Below, piece after piece: positions 53,646 through 62,764 of a stretch of DNA of 64,000 nt. A program made the translations under genes and the position numbers. Under the pieces are notes generated by a model. That model had not been told where the DNA came from. It did no database searches and saw only the letters and a program-made list of their open reading frames with translations. Each line of letters starts with the position of its first letter. Positions within the stretch are counted from its first letter, which is position 1. The stretch is from Burkholderiales bacterium (lineage in GTDB: Bacteria > Pseudomonadota > Gammaproteobacteria > Burkholderiales > SG8-39). The stretch covers positions 4,775-68,774 of the forward strand of contig JBBDXL010000179.1 of NCBI GenBank assembly GCA_040902335.1. Direction: 5' to 3'.

Positions 53646-54392
53646 ATGGCGCAGCAGCGGATCGCCGTCGTCACCGGCGGCATGGGCGGTTTGGGCGAGT
53701 CGATCTCGACCAAGATGGCCGACGCCGGCTACAAGGTGGTAGTGACCTACTCGCCGTCCAACACCAAGTACAAGGCCTGGCTCGACGAGATGAAGTCGCA
53801 GGGCTACGGCTTCGGCGGCTACCCGGTGGACGTGGCGAATTTCGACGACTGCGCCGCGAAGACGCAGAGAATCATCGCCGAAGTCGGTGCCGTCGACATC
53901 CTCGTCAACAACGCCGGCATCACGCGCGACATGACGTTCAAGAAGATGGGCAAGGCGGACTGGGACGCCGTCATGCGCACCAACCTCGATTCGTGCTTCA
54001 ACATGACCAAGCAGGTGATGGACGGCATGACCGAGCGGGGCTGGGGAAGGGTGATCAACGTGTCGTCGGTCAATGGGCAGAAAGGCGCCTTCGGCCAGAC
54101 CAACTACTCGGCGGCGAAGGCCGGCATCCACGGCTTCACCAAGGCGCTGGCGCTGGAAGTGGCGAAGAAGAACGTCACCATCAACACCATCTCCCCGGGC
54201 TACATCGGCACCAAGATGGTGACCGCGATTCCCAAGGAGATCCTCGATTCGAAAATCCTGCCGCAGATTCCCGTCGGGCGGCTCGGCAAGCCCGACGAAG
54301 TGGCGGGACTGATCATCTATCTGTGCTCGGAAGAGGCCGCGTTCGTGACCGGGGCGAACATCTCGATCAACGGCGGCCAGCACATGTATTAA
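53646..54392 (+). CDS. phaB: Acetoacetyl-CoA reductase paralogue 2
   Basis: 248 aa: MAQQRIAVVTGGMGGLG.., NNAGITRD, ..[12 protein letters not shown].., ..GANISINGGQHMY. Confidence 0.92.
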   Translation: MAQQRIAVVTGGMGGLGESISTKMADAGYKVVVTYSPSNTKYKAWLDEMKSQGYGFGGYPVDVANFDDCAAKTQRIIAEVGAVDILVNNAGITRDMTFKKMGKADWDAVMRTNLDSCFNMTKQVMDGMTERGWGRVINVSSVNGQKGAFGQTNYSAAKAGIHGFTKALALEVAKKNVTINTISPGYIGTKMVTAIPKEILDSKILPQIPVGRLGKPDEVAGLIIYLCSEEAAFVTGANISINGGQHMY

Positions 54393-54408
54393 GGAGTAGA
54401 CTTTCCCC

Positions 54409-55008
54409 ATGGCCGCCAACCCCGACGACGCGAAATCCGGCAGCCCCTCGCGGCTGATCAAGAAGTACCCCAACCGGCGCCTGTATGACACCAAGACCTC
54501 GAGCTACATCACGCTCGCGGACGTGAAGCAGATGGTCCTCAAGCAGGAGGAGTTCCGCGTCGTCGACGCGAAGTCGGGCGACGACCTGACGCGCCCGATC
54601 CTGCTGCAGATCATCCTCGAGGAGGAATCGGGCACGGTGCCGATGTTCTCCTCCGACCTGCTGTCGCAGATGATCCGCTCCTACGGCGGCGCCATGCAGG
54701 GCTTCATGGGCTCGTACCTGGAGAAGAACCTCGAGGCCTTCCAGCAGATGCAGAAGGCGCTGCAGGACCAGTCGCATAAGATCTACGGCGACAATTCGCG
54801 CGCCTCGCAGGACCTGTGGGCGCAGTTCATGAACCTGCAGGGTCCGGCGATGCAGAGCCTGATGCAGGCCTACATCGAGCAGAGCCAGAAGGTGTTCTCG
54901 CAGTTCCAGGACCAGATGCAGAACCAGGCGCGCAACATGTTCGCGGGCTTCTCCCTCCCGGGCTTCCCGGCGCAGCCGCAGAGCAAGTCCGAGCCCGAAA
55001 AGAAGTAG
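54409..55008 (+). CDS. phaR: Polyhydroxyalkanoate synthesis repressor PhaR
   Basis: 199 aa. IKKYPNRRLYDTKTSSYITLADVKQMV is the hallmark PhaR N-terminus. Confidence 0.92.
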   Translation: MAANPDDAKSGSPSRLIKKYPNRRLYDTKTSSYITLADVKQMVLKQEEFRVVDAKSGDDLTRPILLQIILEEESGTVPMFSSDLLSQMIRSYGGAMQGFMGSYLEKNLEAFQQMQKALQDQSHKIYGDNSRASQDLWAQFMNLQGPAMQSLMQAYIEQSQKVFSQFQDQMQNQARNMFAGFSLPGFPAQPQSKSEPEKK

Positions 55009-55060
55009 GGGTTCCCACGGCAGCTCGTGCCGTCCTCAGGGCCGGCTTCGGGAGACTCAC

Positions 55061-56245
55061 ATGAGCACACGCGAAGTAGTGGTATTGGGCGGCGCACGCA
55101 CGGCGATCGGCGACTACGGCGGCTCGCTCAGGGATTTCCCGCCGACGAAGCTCGGGGCGATCGCGATCAAGGAGGCGCTTGCGCGCGCCAAGGTGGATCC
55201 GGCCACGGTGGGGCACGTGGTAATGGGCAGCGTGATCCACGGCGAGGCACGCGACATGTACCTGTCGCGCGTCGCCGCGATCGACGCCGGCCTGCCGGTG
55301 GGCACGCCGTGCCTGACGGTGAACCGGCTCTGCGGCAGCGGGCTGCAGGCGATCGTCTCGGCGGCGCAGCACATCTTGCTCGGCGACACCGATACCGTGG
55401 TGGGCGGCGGCGCCGAGAGCATGAGCCGCGCGGCCTACTTCCTGCCCACGGGCCGCTGGGGGCAGAGAATGGGCGACACCTACGCCATCGACGCCATGAC
55501 CGGCGCGCTGCACGATCCCTTCGGCCACGGCCACATGGGCGTCACCGCCGAGAACGTCGCCGCCAAATACGGCTTCACGCGCGAGCAGCAGGACGCCTTC
55601 GCCGTGGAGTCGCACAGGCGCGCGGCGAATGCGCTGGAGAAGGGCTACTTCAAGGAGCAGATCGTCTCCATCGAAGTGAAATCCAGGAAGGGCGTCGAGC
55701 AGGTGACGCGCGACGAGCACGTGCGCCCGGGCGCGACGATGGAAGACCTGGCGAAGCTGAAAGCCGTGTTCAAGAAGGACGGCACCGTGACCGCGGGCAA
55801 CGCTTCCGGCATCAACGACGCGGGCGCGGCCATCGTCCTGATGGAGGCGGGCGCGGCGGCGAAGCAGGGCTTGAAGCCGCGCGCGCGGCTCGTCGCGTAC
55901 GCGCACGCCGGCGTGGAGCCCCAGCTGATGGGCCTCGGTCCGATCCCGGCGGTGAAGCGCGTGTTCGAAAAATCGGGCCTCAAGCCCGCCGACATGGACG
56001 TCGTCGAATCGAACGAGGCGTTCGCCGCGCAGGCGATGGCGGTGACCAAGGACCTCGGCCTCGACCCGGCGAAGGTGAACCCGAACGGCGGTGCCGTGGC
56101 GCTCGGCCACCCGATCGGCGCTACCGGCGCAATACTGACGGTGAAGGCCCTGTACGAGCTGGAGCGCACGCAGAAGCGCTACGCGCTGGTCACCATGTGC
56201 ATCGGCGGCGGGCAGGGGATCGCGGCGATCTTCGAGCGCATTTAA
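55061..56245 (+). CDS. Second acetyl-CoA C-acyltransferase (BktB-like thiolase)
   Basis: 394 aa: ..NRLCGSGLQAI.., ..[17 protein letters not shown].., ..CIGGGQG.. Confidence 0.9.
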   Translation: MSTREVVVLGGARTAIGDYGGSLRDFPPTKLGAIAIKEALARAKVDPATVGHVVMGSVIHGEARDMYLSRVAAIDAGLPVGTPCLTVNRLCGSGLQAIVSAAQHILLGDTDTVVGGGAESMSRAAYFLPTGRWGQRMGDTYAIDAMTGALHDPFGHGHMGVTAENVAAKYGFTREQQDAFAVESHRRAANALEKGYFKEQIVSIEVKSRKGVEQVTRDEHVRPGATMEDLAKLKAVFKKDGTVTAGNASGINDAGAAIVLMEAGAAAKQGLKPRARLVAYAHAGVEPQLMGLGPIPAVKRVFEKSGLKPADMDVVESNEAFAAQAMAVTKDLGLDPAKVNPNGGAVALGHPIGATGAILTVKALYELERTQKRYALVTMCIGGGQGIAAIFERI

Positions 56246-56313
56246 ATGCGGACAGTCCCCGTTTAGGGGCTGGCGTGCGGATTACTGCGGTGCCTTGGTT
56301 TGTTTTTCTATGA

Positions 56314-56360
56314 TCTCGCCTTTTCCGGCCGGAAGATTCACCCGGCCGGAAAAGGCGAGA
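56314..56360. repeat. Perfect 19-bp inverted repeat with a 9-nt loop
   Basis: TCTCGCCTTTTCCGGCCGG-aagattcac-CCGGCCGGAAAAGGCGAGA lies between the thiolase and patatin genes. It has no canonical downstream U-tract on either strand. Confidence 0.85.
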
Positions 56361-56388
56361 CGTATTTGAAAGGCCAAATCCCCGCGAT

Positions 56389-57285
56389 ATGCAAAAACCG
56401 CGACGACCCAAGATCGGCCTCGCCCTCGGCGCCGGCGGCGCGCGCGGCTGGGCGCACATCGGCGCCATTCACGCGCTGAACGAACAGGGCATCCGGCCCG
56501 ACATCGTCTGCGGCACCTCGATGGGCTCGCTGGTGGGCGCGGCCTATGCCGCGGGCGAGCTCGAGCGCCTGGAGGAGTGGGCGCTGACGCTCGGCTGGCG
56601 CGATGTCTTCGGCCTCATGGATTTCACCTGGCACGGCGGTCTCATCCGCGGCAAGAGGCTGTTCGAGTTCATGCGCGCGCGCTTCGGGCTGCAGGACATC
56701 GGTGCGCTGCCGCTGCCCTACGGCGCGGTGGCTACCGAGCTCGCCACGGGGCGCGAGGTGTGGCTGCGCGAGGGGCACGTGCTCGATGCCGTGCGCGCCT
56801 CCATCGCCATCCCGGGCGTGTTCGCGCCGGTACTGCGTAACGGCGAGCTGCTGGTCGACGGCGCGCTCGTCAACCCGGTGCCGGTCTCCATGTGCCGCGC
56901 GCTCGGCGCCGATCTCGTCATCGCCGTCGATCTCGGCTGGGCGAAGCTCGGCTATTACCGCGAGCGCGCGCGCGAGCGGGCAGACGAAGCGGAGCCCGGC
57001 AAGGCGGCCTGGTGGAGCCGGTTCCTGCCGGCGCGGGGGGCGGAGATCGCGGACGAGAGCCCCGACATGCCTTCGGCGCTCGCCGTGTTCTTCTCCAGCT
57101 TCGACATCATGCAGGTGCGCGTCGGCCGCAGCCGTTTGGCGGGCGAGCCCGCCGACGCGCTCATCACGCCGATCCTGCCGGATTTCGCCATGATGGACTT
57201 CCACCGCGCGCGCGAGGCGATCGACGAAGGCAAGGCCGCGGCCGAGCGCGCGCGCCCGGTGCTCGAGCACCTGATCGGCGCGTAG
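56389..57285 (+). CDS. Patatin-like phospholipase (RssA-like)
   Basis: 298 aa: GLALGAGGARG oxyanion motif, GTSMGS nucleophile elbow, ..DGALVNPVP.. catalytic Asp. Confidence 0.9.
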   Translation: MQKPRRPKIGLALGAGGARGWAHIGAIHALNEQGIRPDIVCGTSMGSLVGAAYAAGELERLEEWALTLGWRDVFGLMDFTWHGGLIRGKRLFEFMRARFGLQDIGALPLPYGAVATELATGREVWLREGHVLDAVRASIAIPGVFAPVLRNGELLVDGALVNPVPVSMCRALGADLVIAVDLGWAKLGYYRERARERADEAEPGKAAWWSRFLPARGAEIADESPDMPSALAVFFSSFDIMQVRVGRSRLAGEPADALITPILPDFAMMDFHRAREAIDEGKAAAERARPVLEHLIGA

Positions 57286-57306
57286 TCGGGGACAGACGTC
57301 ATTTGT

Positions 57307-57843
57307 GTGGCGGGGGTCGCCGCCTTCGGCGAGGTGCTGCCCTGGGCGGAAACCGCGGGCGTGGTGCTGATCAGCGCCGGCATCCTCGCCTTCGCCACGC
57401 ATCGTTCGCCCGACCCGGTTGCACTGCGCAAGTCGCTCGCCTTCGCGCTCGGCAACGCCTGCGTCATCGCCGCCTACACGCTGATCGACGCCAAGGGGGC
57501 GCGCGTCTCGGGCGCGCCGGTCGCCTACGCGATGGGGTTCTTCGTCGCCAACGGCCTCGTGATGTTCGCCATCGGCTGTCTGCAGCGCGGCGCCGCGGCG
57601 CCGCGCCACATCCTGCGCCGCTGGCGCCTGACCTTCGTCGGCGGCGCCTGCGCCGCGCTCGCCTATGCCATCGCGCTCTGGGCGATGACCCTCGCGCCGG
57701 TGGCGCTGGTCGCGGTGCTGCGCGAGACCTCGGTGGTCTTTGCCGCCGCGCTCGGCGCGCTGTTTCTCAGGGAACCGTTCACCGCGCGGCGGGTGGCGGC
57801 GACGCTGGTAGTGCTCGCCGGGCTGGTGGCGCTGCGGTTCTAG
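57307..57843 (+). pseudogene. 5'-truncated EamA/DMT transporter gene (178 codons; paralogue of 19711..20568)
   Basis: It aligns by eye with residues ~105-285 of the 285-aa EamA protein (..ALWAMTLAPVALVAVLRETSVVFAAALGALFLREPF.. versus ..[36 protein letters not shown]..). The first EamA repeat is missing and a stop lies immediately upstream. GTG start. It may still be expressed as a half-transporter. Confidence 0.6.
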
Positions 57844-58460
57844 CCCGCTACCAGCGCGTCGTTCACCACGCGCACCTTGTCGCCCGCGCGCCAGGTCGGC
57901 GCCTGCTCCTGCGACAACGTGCGCAGCGTGCCGTCCTCCATGCGCACGGTGATGTCGTAGCGCTTGGTGGTGCGTGCGCTCTTCTCGACCTGGTGGCCGA
58001 TAATCGCCCCGCCGGCCGCGCCGATCACGCGCGCCACCTTCTTCCTGCTGCCGGAGCCCACTTGGTTGCCGATCACGGCGCCGGCGATGCCGCCGGCCAC
58101 GGCGCCCGCCCCGGTGGCCTCGCCCTTGACGTCCACTTCCTGCACCGCCTCGACCACGCCGCACTCCGGACACTTGGGCATGACAGCGGGCGCGGGCGCG
58201 ACTTTCGGTGCCGCTGCCACCTGCGCAGGCTTGGGCGCCGCCGCCTTCGGCCGCGCCGGCTTCGCCTCCGCCGCCTTCGGCGGCGCAACTTTCGCTTCCG
58301 CGGCCTTGGGGGCGTCCGCAAGCCCCTCCGTCTTCGCCGAGCCGCTCGTCCCCGGCAGCACGCCGGTGAATGCCGCTACGCCGACGCCGGCAAGGACGAT
58401 AACCGCGACCGACGCCGCCGCGACCAGCGGATGGATGCGTGATTTCGCATCGCTTTGCAT
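57840..58460 (-). CDS. Glycine-zipper 2TM domain membrane protein with a Pro/Ala/Lys-rich linker
   Basis: 206 aa with an N-terminal TM segment, PKAAEAK-type low-complexity repeats, and GAVAGGIAGAVIGNQVGSG...IGAAGGAIIGH glycine zippers. Confidence 0.8.
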   Translation of the reverse strand: MQSDAKSRIHPLVAAASVAVIVLAGVGVAAFTGVLPGTSGSAKTEGLADAPKAAEAKVAPPKAAEAKPARPKAAAPKPAQVAAAPKVAPAPAVMPKCPECGVVEAVQEVDVKGEATGAGAVAGGIAGAVIGNQVGSGSRKKVARVIGAAGGAIIGHQVEKSARTTKRYDITVRMEDGTLRTLSQEQAPTWRAGDKVRVVNDALVAG

Positions 58461-58517
58461 GACTTGCTCCCGATCAACGTGACATCCCCCTACTAACGCG
58501 CAGCATACACCGCGCGT

Positions 58518-59990
58518 TTACGCCTCGGGCCGCATGTGCGGGAATAAAATCACATCCCGGATCGACGGGCTGTCGGTGAGGAGCATCACCAGGCGGTCCA
58601 CGCCCAGCCCCGCGCCCGCCGTGGGCGGCAGTCCCACCTCGAGCGCGCGGATGTAGTCGGCGTCGTAGTACATGGCCTCGGGGTCCCCCGCGTCCTTGCG
58701 CGCCGCCTGCTCGCGGAAGCGCTCGGCCTGGTCCTCGGGGTCGTTCAGCTCGGAGAAACCGTTGGCGATCTCCTTCGTGTCGACGAACAGCTCGAAGCGG
58801 TCGGTGAGCCCAGGGTCGGAATCCTTGCTGCGCGCGAGCGGCGAGACCTCCGCCGGGAAGTCGAGCACGAAGGTCGGCTCGACGAGGTGCTTCTCCGCCA
58901 CCGCCTCGAACAGCATCAATTGGAGGGCGCCCCAGCCCCGGTCGTCCTTGTGCTCCACGCCGAGCTCCTTCAACTTCCCCGAGAGGAACTTGCGATCGCG
59001 CAGGTCGCCGTCGACGCCTTGGCGGCGCAGGGCCTCCGGGATGGACAGGCGCGCGAACGGCCGGCCGAAGTCGATGCTGCGCCCCTGGTAGGCGACGCGC
59101 GCCTCGCCGCGCGCGGCGAGCGCGGCGTTCCGCACCAGCGTCTCGGTGAGCCCGATCATGTACTCGAAGTCCTGGTAGGCGCAGTACCACTCGAGCATGG
59201 TGAACTCGGGGTTGTGGCGCGTGGAGATGCCCTCGTTCCTGAAGTTGCGGTTGATCTCGAACACGCGCTCGATGCCGCCCACCACCAGGCGCTTCAGGTA
59301 CAGCTCGGGCGCGACCCTGAGGTAGAGGTCCATGTCGAGCGCGTTGTGGTGCGTGCGGAAAGGCCGCGCCACCGCGCCGCCGGGGATCGGCTGCATCATC
59401 GGCGTCTCGACTTCCAGGTAGTGCTCGGCGATCAGCGTGTCGCGCAGCGACTGCACGATCTTCGAGCGCGCGGCGAACACGTTCCGCGACTCCGGGTTGA
59501 CGATCAGGTCGACGTAGCGCTGGCGGTAGCGCAGCTCCTGGTCGGCGAGGCCGTGGAACTTCTCGGGCAGCGGGCGCAGCGCCTTCACCAGCAGCCGCAG
59601 CGTGCTTGCGTTGACGGTGAGCTCGCCCTTGTTGGTCTTGAACAGCGCCCCTTCCACGCCGACGATGTCGCCGAGGTCCCAGTGCTTGAAGGCCTCGTGC
59701 TGGGCTTCGCCGGCGACGTCGTTCGCCACGTACACCTGGATGCGGCCGCTGCCGTCCTGCAGGGTGGCGAAGCTCACCTTGCCCATGACGCGCTTCAGCA
59801 TCATGCGGCCGGCGATCCTGACCGTCACGCCTTCCTTCTCCAGCGCCGCCTTTTCGAGGGCACCGTACCTTAGCGCAAGCTCCCCCGCGTGATGCGCGGG
59901 GCGCCAGTCGTTGGGGAACGCCTCGCCCTTCGCGCGCAGCGCCTTCAGCTTCTCGCGGCGCTCCTCGACGAGCTTGTTTTCTTCTTCCAT
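58518..59990 (-). CDS. lysS: Lysyl-tRNA synthetase (class II)
   Basis: From ATG 59990: [19 protein letters not shown]..., OB-fold, then the class-II core (..[18 protein letters not shown].., ..[11 protein letters not shown]..). 1-nt overlap with the prfB stop (TGATG). Confidence 0.95.
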   Translation of the reverse strand: MEEENKLVEERREKLKALRAKGEAFPNDWRPAHHAGELALRYGALEKAALEKEGVTVRIAGRMMLKRVMGKVSFATLQDGSGRIQVYVANDVAGEAQHEAFKHWDLGDIVGVEGALFKTNKGELTVNASTLRLLVKALRPLPEKFHGLADQELRYRQRYVDLIVNPESRNVFAARSKIVQSLRDTLIAEHYLEVETPMMQPIPGGAVARPFRTHHNALDMDLYLRVAPELYLKRLVVGGIERVFEINRNFRNEGISTRHNPEFTMLEWYCAYQDFEYMIGLTETLVRNAALAARGEARVAYQGRSIDFGRPFARLSIPEALRRQGVDGDLRDRKFLSGKLKELGVEHKDDRGWGALQLMLFEAVAEKHLVEPTFVLDFPAEVSPLARSKDSDPGLTDRFELFVDTKEIANGFSELNDPEDQAERFREQAARKDAGDPEAMYYDADYIRALEVGLPPTAGAGLGVDRLVMLLTDSPSIRDVILFPHMRPEA

Positions 59991-61094
59991 CACACCCCCT
60001 GTTTGAGGCTCGCCTCGATGAAGTCGTCGAGCTCGCCGTCGAGCACCGCCTGCGTATGGCCTTTCTCCACGCCGGTGCGCAGGTCCTTGATGCGCGACTG
60101 GTCGAGGACGTAGCTGCGGATCTGGTGGCCCCAGCCGATGTCGGTCTTCGAGTCTTCCAGCTTCTGGCGCTCGGCCTCTTTCTTGCGCATCTCCAGCTCG
60201 AACAGCTTGGATTTGAGCATGGCGAGCGCCTCCGCGCGGTTCCTGTGCTGCGAGCGGTCGTTCTGGCACTGCACCACGATGCCGGTGGGCAGGTGCGTCA
60301 TGCGGATCGCCGAGTCGGTCTTGTTGACGTGCTGGCCGCCGGCGCCCGAGGCGCGGTAGGTATCGACGCGGATGTCCGCGGGGTTGAGCTCGACTTCCAC
60401 CGTTTCGTCCACCTCGGGGTAGACGAAGACGCTGGCGAACGAGGTATGGCGCCGGGCATTGGCGTCGAAAGGGGACTTGCGCACCAGTCGGTGCACGCCG
60501 GTCTCGGTCCTGAGCGTACCGAAGGCGTACGCGCCGTTGACTTTCAGCGAGGCGCTCTTGATGCCCGCCACCTCGCCCTCGGTCTGCTCGAGGATCTCCA
60601 CCTTGTAGCCCTTGCGGTCGCAGAACTTGAGGTACATGCGCTCGAGCATCGAGGCCCAGTCCTGCGCCTCGGTGCCGCCCGAGCCCGCCTGGATGTCGAT
60701 GAAGCAGGCGTTGGGGTCGAGGGGATTGCTGAACATGCGCCGGAACTCGAGTTGCTGCACCTGCTTTTCCAGCCCCGCCGCGTCCTTTTCCACGCCCTCG
60801 AGCGTCGCCTCGTCGTTTTCCGACCGGCCGAGCTGGAACAGCTCGGCGGCGTCGGCGAGGCCGCGGTCGATCCCGGTGATCGATTCGACGGTGGCCGCCA
60901 GGTTCTTCTTTTCGCGCCCCAGCTCCTGGGCGCGCTTCGGGTCGGACCAGACCTTCGGGTCCTCGAGCAGCTTGTTGACCTCTACGAGGCGCTCTTCCTT
61001 GGCGTCGAAGTCAAAGGTACCTCCTCAGCTCCGCGGACCGTGCTTTCAGGTCTTTGAGCTTGTCGGCGAGGGCGTTGAGGCGTTCGGCTTCCAT
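59990..61094 (-). CDS. prfB: Peptide chain release factor 2, two frames joined by a programmed +1 frameshift
   Basis: Frame 0 (61094..61014) reads [27 protein letters not shown], then an in-frame TGA at 61013..61011. The +1 frame from 61012 reads [25 protein letters not shown]... and continues into track ORF 59990..60793 (..[16 protein letters not shown].. GGQ motif). Total 367 aa. Confidence 0.95.
61010..61027 (-). promoter_or_regulatory. RF2 autoregulatory +1 frameshift site
   Basis: The minus strand reads GAGGAGGTACCTTTGAC: an SD-like AGGAGG, a 3-nt spacer, and the slippery CTT TGA C. Confidence 0.9.
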
Positions 61095-61105
61095 GCGGGG
61101 CGGGA

Positions 61106-61210
61106 TTATAGCGGGGGGAGGAGGTCTTGCTGCTGAACGCTGCGGGCGGTGTGGCCGGGGAGCTCGGACTGCAGCTCCGACGGCAGGGACTCGTCAAGCA
61201 GGATGCGCAT
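61106..61210 (-). pseudogene. N-terminal 34-codon remnant of a DUF5615/PIN-like (Mut7-C-type) toxin gene
   Basis: My translation is MRILLDESLPSELQSELPGHTARSVQQQDLLPPL*. The MRILLDE.LP... start is typical of the toxin partner of DUF433 antitoxins, which is normally >100 aa. It overlaps the DUF433 gene end by 17 nt. Confidence 0.5.
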
Positions 61211-61412
61211 CCGGCGCGAGCGCCTCGCGCGCCTGCTCGAGCGCGGCGACCGCCTGCTCGCGCGTCACGGCAGGGAAGGACTTCAGGAAGTCGTCGAGCG
61301 AATCGCCGGCTTCAAGATAGTCGAAAAGGTTCTTTACCGGGACGCGCGTGCCGTAGAAGACGGGAACGCCGCCCTGGATGTCTGGGTCGCTGTGGATGAC
61401 GGGAAGCGCCAT
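61194..61412 (-). CDS. DUF433-domain protein (antitoxin-like)
   Basis: From ATG 61412: MALPVIHSDPDIQGGVPVFYGTRVPVKNLFDYLEAGDSLDDFLKSFPAVTREQAVAALE. Confidence 0.8.
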   Translation of the reverse strand: MALPVIHSDPDIQGGVPVFYGTRVPVKNLFDYLEAGDSLDDFLKSFPAVTREQAVAALEQAREALAPDAHPA

Positions 61413-61510
61413 GTCGTCGTTCCGCCGATGTCTCAAGCGCGCATGATACTCCCAGCGAACTTATAGCCTGAGCCGGGAGCGGCGGTAGGACTCAGGCGGG
61501 GCGAATCTAC

Positions 61511-61647
61511 CGGGGATCTACTTCCGGCGAGCCCAGCGCGGCTCGCGCCCGGGCGATTGCATCCGCCGCCGAAGTGAGCTTGGAGCGGCCTTCCTCGATG
61601 TCCTTGATCCGCCGCTCGACCTCGGCCGCCCAGGCTTCCTCGATCTC
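61511..61647 (-). pseudogene. Deletion-derivative copy of the ParE/antitoxin module at 62758..63171 (antitoxin 3' half only, toxin excised)
   Basis: 61511..61529 equals 62758..62776 (19/19). 61534..61647 equals 63058..63171 (112/114). The ~281 bp carrying the toxin ORF are absent, and there is no start codon for the antitoxin remnant (..EIEEAWAAEVERRIKDIEEGRSKLTSAADAIARARAAL..). Confidence 0.8.
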
Positions 61648-61737
61648 ACGCTCGGCGGTACGCGGCCCGCGTGGCGTGAGCCGGGTTTACATTTTACTCA
61701 ACGCCGGGCACTGCCAGCCCGTCCGTTCGACCTAAAG

Positions 61738-61971
61738 TTAGCCGACTGCGTGCTGCAGGGATCGAACAGCGATCAAGTCGCGATCGTCTACGTGGCGTAT
61801 ATCGTCCGAACGCAGTGTGACAAGGGCTTGAGTTCGGCCCGAGGCTGCGACGAATTCAACTTCGAAATGGTCAGGATCGTGGGCTTCGACAATCGCGCCT
61901 AGATCACCGACGCGCAGACCCGCCTCCGGCACATCACGCTTGAGCACAACTGTATCGAGAAGCTTGAACAT
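61738..61971 (-). CDS. DUF4926-domain protein
   Basis: 77 aa: MFKLLDTVVLKRDVPEAGLRVGDLGAIVEAHDPDHFEVEFVAASGRTQALVTL. Confidence 0.8.
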   Translation of the reverse strand: MFKLLDTVVLKRDVPEAGLRVGDLGAIVEAHDPDHFEVEFVAASGRTQALVTLRSDDIRHVDDRDLIAVRSLQHAVG

Positions 61972-61974
61972 AAA

Positions 61975-62307
61975 TCACCTCGGAAAGGCGGTGACAAATC
62001 GGGGTGAGTCTTCGTTCGCCCGAATGATCCAAACGGTCTTGACATCAGCCGAACGTCCCGACGGCCCTGTCAGAATACCACCGACCTCGAATATCCGGCC
62101 AAATGCGCTCGGTTTGCCTGGCGCAGCCGGACTGGAACGTGCCAGTGCCAACAGATCGTCGCGCAACAATTCCCAGTGATCCGTGGAGTAGCCAAGAGTA
62201 ACGAAGAATGCGGCCTTGAACCGCCCCACTGGATGAGCTTCCGACAAAAGGTAGTCGCGCACCTTCGCTATGTCGATTACTGCACGGTCCGGATTCGGGA
62301 GGCTCAA
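61975..62307 (-). CDS. DUF6883-like protein (usual upstream partner of DUF4926 genes)
   Basis: 110 aa: ..KVRDYLLSEAHPVGRFKAAFFVTLGYSTDHWELLRDDL... 3-nt gap to the DUF4926 gene. Confidence 0.7.
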   Translation of the reverse strand: MSLPNPDRAVIDIAKVRDYLLSEAHPVGRFKAAFFVTLGYSTDHWELLRDDLLALARSSPAAPGKPSAFGRIFEVGGILTGPSGRSADVKTVWIIRANEDSPRFVTAFPR

Positions 62308-62331
62308 GTCAGGACTCGAATGGCTGCGACA

Positions 62332-62709
62332 TCATTTCTGCGGCTCAAATAATTCGACGCAGTTGCCCGCAGGATCGTCCAGCAGAATCTGTTTGCCACC
62401 TCTTCCGACGACAATGTCGTTGCGGAAGTGCGCTCCAGTATCGCGAAGCGATTTGACGAAGCTCTCAAGGTCGTCAACTTCGAGCTGAATACGGTTCCAG
62501 CCGCCGGGTTGAGGCTTGCTCCCTTCCGCCATAGCCTGTCCTGCGCCACCGGCGCCTGGGACGTTTAGGAGCAGTCGCAGTTCGCCTCTGGAAAGCATTG
62601 CGAATCCCGGCGCAGGCTTCATCCCCAGGCTGAATCCAAGATGCTTCGTGTAAAACGACACTGCCTTGTCCACGTCGTCCACGATGTAGCGAACGCTTAC
62701 CGTAGCCAT
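62332..62709 (-). CDS. VOC/glyoxalase-family protein
   Basis: From ATG 62709: MATVSVRYIVDDVDKAVSFYTKHLGF...DDPAGNCVELFE. Confidence 0.8.
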   Translation of the reverse strand: MATVSVRYIVDDVDKAVSFYTKHLGFSLGMKPAPGFAMLSRGELRLLLNVPGAGGAGQAMAEGSKPQPGGWNRIQLEVDDLESFVKSLRDTGAHFRNDIVVGRGGKQILLDDPAGNCVELFEPQK

Positions 62710-62764
62710 GATCTTGCTCTCCTTCGACCGCACTCATCCAAGGTCGACAAACGCTATCGGGGAT

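Noticed and set aside
55009-55060. Small hairpin ACGGCA-gctcg-TGCCGT after phaR, considered as a terminator
   Set aside because: It has only a 6-bp stem and no T-tract. It is probably not an intrinsic terminator, and the second thiolase may be co-transcribed.
58170-58330. Imperfect tandem repeats (GGCGGCGCC.. / CTTCGGC..)
   Set aside because: They encode the PKAAEAK-type Pro/Ala/Lys linker of the glycine-zipper membrane protein on the minus strand, so they are low-complexity coding sequence.
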